64,000 nucleotides of DNA from Candidatus Binatia bacterium. GTDB lineage: Bacteria; Desulfobacterota; Binatia; UBA12015. The translations under genes and the position numbers were made by a program. Positions 56,748-64,000 of this stretch are shown here, piece by piece. A model generated the notes under the pieces. The model worked only from the letters and a program-made list of their open reading frames with translations. It did no database searches and had not been told where the DNA came from. The stretch covers positions 2,381 to 66,380 of the forward strand of contig JAQWJE010000002.1 in assembly GCA_029248525.1 (NCBI GenBank), given 5' to 3'. Numbering within the stretch: position 1 is the first letter of the stretch; each line of letters starts with the position of its first letter.

Positions 56748-57835
56748 AACCACAAATGAATGAATTGGGTTTTTACACTTTGGCGGGTGCGCCCGAGAGC
56801 CCACGCGAACTGATTGACGAGATCCGGGTCGGGGAAGACCTCGGCATGGGCTCGGTTTTTATTTCGGAGCGTTTCAACGTGAAGGAAGCGGCCACTCTCT
56901 CGGGGGCCGTCGGAGCGGTTTCCACCAACCTCGGCATCGCCACCGCAGCAACCAACCAGAACACCCGCCACCCCATGGTGACCGCGGCGTTCGCGATGAC
57001 CATGCACCGACTTACCGGAGGCCGGTTTTCCCTCGGGCTTGGCCGCGGCATCAAGCCGATCTTCGACGCTTTCGGTCTGCCGGCGATCAAAACCGCTCAG
57101 ATGGAAGACTTCGCCGATCTGATGCGGCGTATCTGGAAAGGGGACGTCGTGTTTGCGCATGATGGGCCGGCGGGCCAATTCCCGCTGCTCGCCATGGGCC
57201 CGGATTATCATGACGATATCCCCCTGACGATGACCGCATTCGCGGACCCCTCCCTGCGCCTGGGGGGACGCGCCTTCGACGCTGTCGTCCTGCACACTTT
57301 CTTCAGCGATGAGACGACAGCCCGTTGCGTCCGGACGATCAAGGATGCGGCGGCCGAGGCCGGCCGCGACCCGGCGTCGGTTCGTGTCTGGTCCTGCTTT
57401 GCGACCGTCGGCGACCACCTGCCCGAAGAACTTCGATTGAAAAAAACCATCGGTCGCCTCGGGACGTATCTACAGGGTTACGGGGACCTTCTGGTCAAAA
57501 CCAACCGTTGGGACCCGGCGATTTTGAAACGTTTTCGCGAAAATGAATTCGTCAGCGGGTTCGCGGGCGCGCTGGACGCCTCTGCCACCACGTCGGATCT
57601 GGAACGAGTGGCCGAATTGATTCCTGACGAATGGCTCGAAGCCGCAGCCACGGGCAGTCCGGATCAATGCGTGGAGAAGATCCGGGGTCAATTCGATCTC
57701 GGCTGCGACGGTGTCATTCTCCACGGATGCTCCCCCGCAGAGCTTGTACCGGTGGTCGAAGCCTATCGCGCTTCCCGACCCGGGGATGGCCGCTTTGACC
57801 ACCTGCCTGCCAATCCGGCTGCGTCCAGCAAATAG
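56744..57835 (+). CDS. LLM-class (luciferase-like) flavin/F420-dependent oxidoreductase
   Basis: Track ORF trimmed to ATG 56744, which overlaps the COQ4 stop (ATGA). Motifs include FISERFNVKEA and GGRFSLGLGRG. Confidence 0.75.
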   Translation: MKPQMNELGFYTLAGAPESPRELIDEIRVGEDLGMGSVFISERFNVKEAATLSGAVGAVSTNLGIATAATNQNTRHPMVTAAFAMTMHRLTGGRFSLGLGRGIKPIFDAFGLPAIKTAQMEDFADLMRRIWKGDVVFAHDGPAGQFPLLAMGPDYHDDIPLTMTAFADPSLRLGGRAFDAVVLHTFFSDETTARCVRTIKDAAAEAGRDPASVRVWSCFATVGDHLPEELRLKKTIGRLGTYLQGYGDLLVKTNRWDPAILKRFRENEFVSGFAGALDASATTSDLERVAELIPDEWLEAAATGSPDQCVEKIRGQFDLGCDGVILHGCSPAELVPVVEAYRASRPGDGRFDHLPANPAASSK

Positions 57836-57879
57836 CTTCTCGAATCAACTCCGCTCGGTGCGACCTCGCCGCGCGGAGA

Positions 57880-58446
57880 CTACCAGCCTCCAGTGCCCGG
57901 GTCTCCCTTGAACGGGCCGACCACCTCGTCGGTAATCCATCCACCGTAAAACCCACCTGCCTGCGCACGTACGCGCTCCCCCGCGACAAAACACTCGACG
58001 CGCGACGGATAGAAGGAAAAGTAACCGGCCAAGCCGGCGAACTCACCAAAAGGCTCCGCATAGGACCACGCAGCCTGGGGCGAACCTCCGGATTCCAGCT
58101 GCAGGTCCCAATAGGTCGCCGCCCCTTTCCACTCGCAAAACGAGGTCCCGGAAGCTGGTGAAAATCGCTCGGTATGCACATCGGCCGGAGGCAGATAGAA
58201 TGTCGGGGGACTGGCTGTCTCCAGAAGTCGCAAGGCACTCACCGAACGTGCCACCTCGATCCCCCCGGCCTGCACCACGACCTCGCGCGGATCGGGCACC
58301 AAAAGAGGCGGCCGCGGGTAATCCCAAACCGATTCCTGACCGGCCTGCGGCTCGAGCGCAAAATCAGGACGCGCGAGGCCTGTGTTGGCCCATCCCGCTC
58401 GAATACGCTCGAGCTCGACCATGAACTTCTTTTTCTCCATTACCAT
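57880..58446 (-). CDS. DUF427 domain protein
   Basis: The FCEWKGAATYWDL core motif is typical of DUF427. An alternative start at 58440 would overlap the upstream stop by 1 nt. Confidence 0.7.
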   Translation of the reverse strand: MVMEKKKFMVELERIRAGWANTGLARPDFALEPQAGQESVWDYPRPPLLVPDPREVVVQAGGIEVARSVSALRLLETASPPTFYLPPADVHTERFSPASGTSFCEWKGAATYWDLQLESGGSPQAAWSYAEPFGEFAGLAGYFSFYPSRVECFVAGERVRAQAGGFYGGWITDEVVGPFKGDPGTGGW

Positions 58447-59192
58447 TCGATTGGTGCCCCATCGGCGGCGAAAAACCGGCCGCTATCGGCTTGCGTCAAA
58501 GCATCGATCAAAACGAGAATCTTTCCGGCAGCCTCTACCGGCGTCTGCAGATTGCCAGCGGGTACTCCGCGACGGAAAGGTGCTGATAAATCCGTGTCGA
58601 CCGTACCCGGATGAACGGCGGCCACAATCAGATGCGGCGCTCTTCGCTGCAACTCGATGGAGAGACCACGGGTCAGCATATTCAGGGCAGCCTTGGAGCT
58701 GCGATAGCCATACCAGCCACCGAGGCGATTATCCTCGATGCTCCCCACCCGCGCCGACAGATTGATCAGGGCCGCGCGGTCAGTGTGCCGCAACAGATCG
58801 TGCAAATGCTTGGCCACCAGCAGCGGCCCTGTGGAGTTGACCGCAAAGAGTTCGGCCATCGCTGCCGGGTCGATATCCGCGAGTCGCTTTTCTGGCGAAA
58901 TCCCCTCTCGATGGAGGAGCCCGGCCGCGTTGATCAACAAATCCAGACGTTCGGTTCCTTCCCGCACACGGCGGGAAGCGGCGGCGATGGTCTCCTCGAG
59001 ACAGAGATCCATTCGCAGCAAGACCAGACGATCGTCCTCCGCGGCGAGAGCCGACAGCCGAGGACTCGCCAAACCTCTGGTCGTCGCATACACCTGCTCG
59101 GTCTCCTCGCGCTGCAGCAACAACTCGACGAGGGCCTCGCCCAAACCACCACGCGCACCACTCACGAACGCCCTGCGGATAAATGTACTCAT
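58440..59192 (-). CDS. Short-chain dehydrogenase/reductase (classical SDR)
   Basis: Cofactor motif FVSGARGGLGEAL and catalytic YRSSKAALN. The start overlaps the alkB stop by 4 nt. Confidence 0.85.
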   Translation of the reverse strand: MSTFIRRAFVSGARGGLGEALVELLLQREETEQVYATTRGLASPRLSALAAEDDRLVLLRMDLCLEETIAAASRRVREGTERLDLLINAAGLLHREGISPEKRLADIDPAAMAELFAVNSTGPLLVAKHLHDLLRHTDRAALINLSARVGSIEDNRLGGWYGYRSSKAALNMLTRGLSIELQRRAPHLIVAAVHPGTVDTDLSAPFRRGVPAGNLQTPVEAAGKILVLIDALTQADSGRFFAADGAPIEW

Positions 59193-59950
59193 CGGCCTGC
59201 TCGTTGGTCAGGGAAGTCCTGCGGACTGCCCGGGTATATTATTTTTCTGAAGGTGAGATTGATGCGCGGTTCCACCCCGGAGGAGGCCTTCACTTTCGGA
59301 ATCTGGTGCTGGTAGAGCTGCTGCATCGAGCCCGCCATCACAAGAAGGCTCCCGGATTGCAGATCGACGCCTCGAGAGCCGTCCCGTTTCTCGGGATCAC
59401 GCGACCGAAAGAGAAGGCGGCGCGTGGCGCCCAGAGAAAGAGAGGCAATCACGGGTCGTTCGCCCAACTCGGCTTCGTCGTCGCTATGCCAACCCATGCT
59501 GTCCGCACCTGTTCGGTAGAGATTGCATAGAACAGCATTGAAGGAACTGCCAACGAGCATTTCGACCTGTCGCCTCACCGTGTCGAGAGTCGCTGTCCAG
59601 GGTCGTGGATGGAAGAGCTCACCCGAGTAACAGTAGGAAGCCCCCGGATCCCCGTAGTAGGAGACCAGCCTTGGCTGGAGCATCCGACGCCCGAAGATCC
59701 GGATTTCACGCTCTTCCCAGAAGAGTTCGTGCCGCAGTGTCGAAAAAAGACTCTCCGCCTCGGAGGCGGAATAGAGTCCTGATGCCAGACAGGCATCCGA
59801 CTTGGCGATTGAACCGCCGGCCGGAGGTAGACCGATCGGCCGCCAGGCTGGCGTCTCGCGGCACAGCGTTTGATCTCCCGGGGCGAGTCCCGCCCTCGAA
59901 CCGCCTTCGGGCGTGGCCGCAGGGTGCGTGTCGTTCAAGTGGTCCTGCAT
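59189..59950 (-). CDS. alkB: Fe(II)/2-oxoglutarate-dependent dioxygenase AlkB
   Basis: MGWHSDDE (H-x-D), YQHQIP (distal His) and RINLTFR (2OG-binding Arg). The N-terminal extension makes the start uncertain. Confidence 0.8.
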   Translation of the reverse strand: MQDHLNDTHPAATPEGGSRAGLAPGDQTLCRETPAWRPIGLPPAGGSIAKSDACLASGLYSASEAESLFSTLRHELFWEEREIRIFGRRMLQPRLVSYYGDPGASYCYSGELFHPRPWTATLDTVRRQVEMLVGSSFNAVLCNLYRTGADSMGWHSDDEAELGERPVIASLSLGATRRLLFRSRDPEKRDGSRGVDLQSGSLLVMAGSMQQLYQHQIPKVKASSGVEPRINLTFRKIIYPGSPQDFPDQRAGR

Positions 59951-60108
59951 CGGGGCTTCCTCCGAGCTTGGTCAGAGAAGATTGTGGAGAGGGTCTTGCC
60001 GTGTCGGGCTGATCTCAAGCTAGACAATTCCGACCCGGGGAGCGAACACCGGCTTGATGGCTTCGAGGGGGTTGGGTTGATTCGAGGGTTGGCTTTTAGT
60101 GGTTCGCC

Positions 60109-60152
60109 CCGGTTCTCGGGAACCGGCATCCGGGCAGAGAAGTCTCTGCCCG
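60109..60152 (-). terminator. Two adjacent GC hairpins downstream of the 138-aa hypothetical gene
   Basis: First hairpin: CCGGTTC-tcgg-GAACCGG (60109-60126). Second: CGGGCAGAG-aagt-CTCTGCCCG (60131-60152). There is no clear U-tract, so the terminator role is tentative. Confidence 0.3.
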
Positions 60153-60192
60153 ATCTGCCGGGGCCATGGAAGCTAACTTGCCCTGGAAAGGC

Positions 60193-60609
60193 TCAGGCGG
60201 CCTCGAAGTGAGCTTCCTGAGCGGCTCGAGAGTCACGGATGCGACCGCGCACCAAACGCCTCAGGAAGCCGTCGTCGACTCCCAGAAGGTTGCAGAGGGG
60301 ACGGAAGGAAAGGAACCAGGTCTCGTCATCTGACTCGATCCATTCCAGAGCCTCAGCCGCTTCCTTGCGCTGTGAGGGGATCCGCGAATCGATATGACGG
60401 GTCGAGCATTCGACGGCGTCAAAGAGAATCGCCCTCACCAGCGAGCGCTCGGGCGAATCCGGCACTGCATCGGTGTTGAGGGGCATTTGCCCCGGGTCGA
60501 CCGCTGTCGAGAGAACCATCCCCTCGCTGATGCGATCTACGTCTTCCTCGGTCAGATTGTGATCTGCCTTGTTCCAGAATCCCATTGCATCCATTTTGAT
60601 CTCCTTCAC
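60193..60609 (-). CDS. Hypothetical protein (138 aa, acidic)
   Basis: Has a GAAGGAG RBS and protein-like composition. I recognise no motif. The C-terminal part (WFLSFRPLCNLLGVDDGFLRRLV) looks like a helix-turn-helix-type segment, but this is weak. Confidence 0.6.
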   Translation of the reverse strand: MKEIKMDAMGFWNKADHNLTEEDVDRISEGMVLSTAVDPGQMPLNTDAVPDSPERSLVRAILFDAVECSTRHIDSRIPSQRKEAAEALEWIESDDETWFLSFRPLCNLLGVDDGFLRRLVRGRIRDSRAAQEAHFEAA

Positions 60610-60634
60610 GGCGACCCGTATTGGCCGCTCATCA

Positions 60635-60670
60635 ATCGTTCAAAACATTCATAACGTTCATAACGTTCAT
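60635..60670. repeat. Four tandem 9-bp units (ATCGTTCAA, AACATTCAT, AACGTTCAT, AACGTTCAT) in an AT-rich promoter region
   Basis: Read directly from the sequence. The last two units are identical and each contains the palindrome AACGTT. The array lies 26-61 nt upstream of ATG 60609 on the minus strand. Confidence 0.85.
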
Positions 60671-60677
60671 TGCGCAA
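60649..60677 (-). promoter_or_regulatory. Candidate sigma70 promoter overlapping the 9-bp repeats
   Basis: On the minus strand: TTGCGC (60677-60672), a 17-nt spacer, then TTATGA (60654-60649). This is a weak consensus match. Confidence 0.25.
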
Positions 60678-60713
60678 GTCTCTGATAACACAAATGCTCT
60701 TGTATAAGTTTTT

Positions 60714-61082
60714 TTAATCCTCCGACCGACCCGTGATCCCGTCGAGACCGCGTACGCGGAGGTCATCAAGGGTCGCTCGAATTTCCTGAACTGGCTGGAA
60801 CCTCCTGATTTCACGATGGAAATCGTCGTTCAGAACACCCGCAAACAAAATCAGCACCGTGACGACGGCGCTCACGACCCCAAAACGGATCAACCGATCC
60901 GCCCAGCGCAGACCCATGAAATAAAGCAGGACCAAAAGCGCCTTGGTGGAAGCAATGAGCAAGGCCACCAGAACGTTCCAGGGCCCCAAATCCACAAAGG
61001 CGACGAATACCGTCACGAAGGTGAGCGCGATCAAGCAGAGGAAGATCCTGCGATAGAGCGAAACGTCGGCTGCAACATGCAT
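60714..61082 (-). CDS. Cytochrome c oxidase subunit IV (bacterial CoxD/CtaF-like, PF03626-type)
   Basis: Three TM helices (IFLCLIALTFVTVFVAF, VLVALLIASTKALLVLLYFM, GVVSAVVTVLILFAGV). It is the last gene of the cox operon. Confidence 0.7.
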   Translation of the reverse strand: MHVAADVSLYRRIFLCLIALTFVTVFVAFVDLGPWNVLVALLIASTKALLVLLYFMGLRWADRLIRFGVVSAVVTVLILFAGVLNDDFHREIRRFQPVQEIRATLDDLRVRGLDGITGRSED

Positions 61083-61093
61083 CAGAACCCCCC

Positions 61094-61741
61094 TTAGTGT
61101 CGTCCGAGCAAATAGAGCATCGGGAAGAGAAAGATCCAGACCAGGTCGACGAAATGCCAGTAAAGCCCGGCCATCTCGACCGGCGTGAAATACTCTCGGT
61201 CAAAACTACCCTGCCGGGCCCGCACGACCAGATACGCGAGCAGCCCGATCCCGATGATCATATGGATCGCGTGCAAGCCGGTAAGCAGGAAATAGAAGGA
61301 GAAAAAAAGTTCTTCGACGGCGGCCGCCTCGCTCGCCACCGAGAAGTAGCGACCCGGCACGAGGTTGTCTTCGAACTTCCCGGCGTATTCCCACGCCTTG
61401 ACCCCCAAAAATGCGACGCCGAGCACGATCGTCGCGAGCAACCAACGGACCTGCACCTGCCAACGATCGACCTGAGCGGCGGCCACCGATCGCGCCATGG
61501 TGAAGCTGCTCGCGAGAAGAACGATTGTATTGATGCCACCCAGCCACCAGGAAAGATGATTGCTCGCTTCCTCGAAGATCTCGGCAAAGGTTACAAAATA
61601 GATCGCGTAGGCGGTGAGGATCCCCCCGAAAAACATCACTTCGGTCAGGAGAAAAATCCACATGCCAAGATTGGCTGCACCGAATTGCTGCTCGATATCA
61701 TCGAATTGGTGTTCGAGATGGGAGGTTGAAGGCGCACTCAT
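61094..61741 (-). CDS. ctaE: Cytochrome c oxidase subunit III
   Basis: [30 protein letters not shown] and [15 protein letters not shown] are canonical subunit III blocks. Confidence 0.9.
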   Translation of the reverse strand: MSAPSTSHLEHQFDDIEQQFGAANLGMWIFLLTEVMFFGGILTAYAIYFVTFAEIFEEASNHLSWWLGGINTIVLLASSFTMARSVAAAQVDRWQVQVRWLLATIVLGVAFLGVKAWEYAGKFEDNLVPGRYFSVASEAAAVEELFFSFYFLLTGLHAIHMIIGIGLLAYLVVRARQGSFDREYFTPVEMAGLYWHFVDLVWIFLFPMLYLLGRH

Positions 61742-63417
61742 GCCTTGCTCTCCTCGGCTGCAGCCAACTCTGCATCCAGATGCCGATAGTCATAGGCCTC
61801 ATCGGTCACCACGGGAGTGGTATGGAAATTTTCGGTTGGCGGCGGCGACGGTGTCTGCCATTCCAGCCCGGCCGCGCCCCATGGGTTCGCCGAAGCGCGC
61901 GGGCCGTAGCGCATCGAGTAGGCCAGGTAACAGAGAGGAATCAGGTAGCCGACACCCAGAATCGAGGCGCCCGCCGTCGAAAAGACGTTCAGCACCTGAA
62001 ACTCGTCCGGGTAGACGTGATAGCGACGCGGCATGCCAAGATAACCCAGAATGAACTGGGGGAAGAAGGTCAGATTGAAGCCGAGGAATACGAGAATGGC
62101 GCTGACTTTCGCGAGGGCCTCCGAGTAGAGCCTTCCGGTGATCTTGGGCCACCAGAAGTGCAGCGCGCCCAGATACGCCATCAGCGCGCCCCCCACCATG
62201 ATGTAATGAAAGTGGGCGACGATGAAATAGGTGTCGGTCAGGTGAACATCGACCGCCAGCGCCGCGAGAAACAAGCCCGTCAGCCCGCCGATCGTGAACA
62301 ACCCGATGAAGCCCAAAGCATAGATCATCGGTGCCTTGAGAGTGATCGAGCCACGATAGAGGGTCGCGGTCCAGTTAAACACCTTCACCGCCGAGGGAAT
62401 CGCCACGGCAAAACTCAGGAAAGAAAATATCAGACCCGCATTGGTCGACTGGCCCGAAACAAACATATGATGGCCCCAGACCAGAAACCCGAGCAACGCG
62501 ATTGCCAGACTCGAGATCGCCACGAATTTGTAGCCGAAGATGCGGTTGCGGGAGAAGCAGCAGATGATCTCGCTGACCACACCCATCGAGGGCAGAATCA
62601 TGATGTAGACCGCCGGATGGGAGTAGAACCAGAACAAGTGCTGGAACAGGATCGGATCGCCGCCCAAGGCTGGATCGAAGATTCCGATGTCCAGGCTGCG
62701 TTCGGCCGCTACCAACAGAATCGTGATGGCAATGACCGGAGTTCCGAGGATGAAGATGATGCTGGTGGCATATTGCGACCACACAAAGAGCGGCAGTCGG
62801 AACCACGTAAGGCCCGGCGCACGCATCCGGTGAATCGTGACCAGAAAATTGATTCCGGTAAGAATTGACGAAAAACCCGAAACAAAAATTCCCATGGCGG
62901 TCATGGTCACATTCGTGTTGGAGCCTTCTGTGCTGTAGGGCGTATAAAAAGTCCAGCCCGTGTCGACGCCACCAGTGAGCATCGCCCCCAGCGCCAGAGC
63001 GGCACCGAGCAGGTAGATATACCAACTAGCAAGGTTCAGGCGGGGAAACGCCAGGTCCTTGGCCCCGATCATCAGCGGCAGCAGAAAATTCCCCATCACG
63101 GCCGGAATCGACGGCACCAGAAAAAAGAAGATCATGATGATGCCGTGCGCGGTGAACATCTTGTTGTAGGAATCGTCACCCATCAGATCCCCGACAGGTG
63201 TCAACAACTCGAGTCGGATTCCCAGCGCAGCGAGCCCCCCGAGAACAAACATCCCGGTCAGCGTAAAGAGATAGAGCAAGCCGATTCTTTTATGATCGCG
63301 GGTCAGCAGCCACGAGCGCACGCCGTATTCGGCATTGAGATAGTTCTCTTCTTCGACTTCCGGCGGCATCAGATCCGGCATCGGCACCCCATCGAGCAGC
63401 CGTGGTGTCACATCCAT
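61738..63417 (-). CDS. ctaD: Cytochrome c oxidase subunit I
   Basis: Has [34 protein letters not shown] and HFHYIM heme/CuB ligand blocks. 559 aa. Confidence 0.95.
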   Translation of the reverse strand: MDVTPRLLDGVPMPDLMPPEVEEENYLNAEYGVRSWLLTRDHKRIGLLYLFTLTGMFVLGGLAALGIRLELLTPVGDLMGDDSYNKMFTAHGIIMIFFFLVPSIPAVMGNFLLPLMIGAKDLAFPRLNLASWYIYLLGAALALGAMLTGGVDTGWTFYTPYSTEGSNTNVTMTAMGIFVSGFSSILTGINFLVTIHRMRAPGLTWFRLPLFVWSQYATSIIFILGTPVIAITILLVAAERSLDIGIFDPALGGDPILFQHLFWFYSHPAVYIMILPSMGVVSEIICCFSRNRIFGYKFVAISSLAIALLGFLVWGHHMFVSGQSTNAGLIFSFLSFAVAIPSAVKVFNWTATLYRGSITLKAPMIYALGFIGLFTIGGLTGLFLAALAVDVHLTDTYFIVAHFHYIMVGGALMAYLGALHFWWPKITGRLYSEALAKVSAILVFLGFNLTFFPQFILGYLGMPRRYHVYPDEFQVLNVFSTAGASILGVGYLIPLCYLAYSMRYGPRASANPWGAAGLEWQTPSPPPTENFHTTPVVTDEAYDYRHLDAELAAAEESKA

Positions 63418-64000
63418 GGTGTTTCCTCGTTTTCCTCGATAGCTTCTGCGACCGGAGAGACCCCGGCCGCAGCGTCACCGGACTCGAGAGAGTTGATATA
63501 GGCGATCAGTTCGAGAACACGATCCTCAGTTAATTGGCCCTGAAAGCTCGGCATCACGGGATCCCATCCATCGCGAACCACCGCCAGAGGCTGGAGGATC
63601 GACTGGCGCAAATAGGTGGCGTCAGCGACCCGCATCGTCCCGTCGGGCATGCGAATCTGCGAACCTGCCAGTCCTCGCAAGGAAGGGCCTCGACTGCCGT
63701 CCCCTTCGCCGTGGCAGGAGGCGCAACCGAGTTCGGCAAAGGCTTCCTCACCAGCTTCCGCCATCGACAAGCGGGAGCCACCGCGCTCCGTGCTCCCCAG
63801 CCAGGCTTGGTAGTCGGCTGGCTCCATGACCACCACTTTGCCGATCATTCGTGCATGCTGGGTTCCGCAGAATTCCGAGCAGAACAAATGGTATTCGCCC
63901 GTCTTGGTCGCCTCGAACCAGAACTCCGAATATCGCCCGGGGACAGCATCCTGCTTCACCCGGAAGGCAGGCACGAAAAAGCTGTGAATCACGTCTTCCG
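63408..64000 (-). CDS. ctaC: Cytochrome c oxidase subunit II with fused C-terminal cytochrome c domain (caa3-type); N-terminus outside the window
   Basis: CuA site HSFFVPAF...[12 protein letters not shown], followed by the heme c motif CASCHG. The frame stays open to nt 64000. Confidence 0.9.
   Translation of the reverse strand, partial: EDVIHSFFVPAFRVKQDAVPGRYSEFWFEATKTGEYHLFCSEFCGTQHARMIGKVVVMEPADYQAWLGSTERGGSRLSMAEAGEEAFAELGCASCHGEGDGSRGPSLRGLAGSQIRMPDGTMRVADATYLRQSILQPLAVVRDGWDPVMPSFQGQLTEDRVLELIAYINSLESGDAAAGVSPVAEAIEENEETPWM

Noticed and set aside
61726-62868. 380-aa plus-strand ORF.
   Set aside because: It is antisense to cytochrome oxidase subunit I.
1-64000. Search for mobile elements, integrases, toxin-antitoxin pairs, restriction-modification, CRISPR-Cas or other defence systems, and for tRNA or rRNA genes.
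   Set aside because: No ORF shows transposase, integrase, nuclease or Cas motifs. I noticed no inverted terminal repeats or long duplicated segments, and no cloverleaf-like or rRNA-like sequences in intergenic regions. I noticed only short local AT-rich gaps, none suggesting an island. This was inspected by eye only.

Overview
This is a GC-rich, gene-dense chromosomal segment from a Gram-negative aerobe. The lineage cannot be assigned from sequence alone; the content looks Proteobacteria/Myxococcota-like. I call 58 protein-coding genes. I found no rRNA, tRNA, CRISPR array, transposase, integrase or recognisable phage or defence genes.

Recognisable housekeeping genes:
- ileS (type-2 form), folE, arfB, rpmB and rpsR
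- dCMP deaminase and a Trm112-like protein
- a caa3-type cytochrome c oxidase operon (subunits II, I, III, IV) at the right edge
- a TonB-dependent receptor at the left edge, which is absent from the ORF track because it runs off the window

The rest is envelope and accessory metabolism:
- a FecCD-type ABC importer, an MFS transporter and outer-membrane beta-barrel proteins
- an orphan histidine kinase and several flavin, SDR and LLM oxidoreductases
- many predicted lipid or ester hydrolases: three SGNH/GDSL proteins, a patatin, a PAF-acetylhydrolase-like lipoprotein, a NAPE-PLD-like MBL hydrolase, a beta-lactamase-fold esterase and an alpha/beta hydrolase

Many long ORFs in the track are antisense or upstream-extension artefacts typical of high-GC DNA. 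I trimmed or rejected these.

I do not see a clear, complete new multi-gene system. The most unusual items are:
1. An 809-aa secreted protein made of a disintegrin-like domain plus an exact 96-nt tandem array of its 4-Cys loop module.
2. A stand-alone 51-codon gene for a secreted, very acidic 4-Cys peptide with its own RBS and a textbook terminator.
3. A translationally coupled operon of an outer-membrane barrel, a periplasmic protein and an orphan histidine kinase.
4. A membrane-anchored SGNH hydrolase, a GT-C-like membrane protein and a MOSC protein with overlapping stop and start codons.
5. A bacterial COQ4 homolog coupled to a membrane-fused spermidine-synthase-like protein and an LLM oxidoreductase.
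6. Two sets of short phased direct repeats in intergenic regions.

All functional calls rest on motif recognition by eye and memory of protein families. No database search was run.
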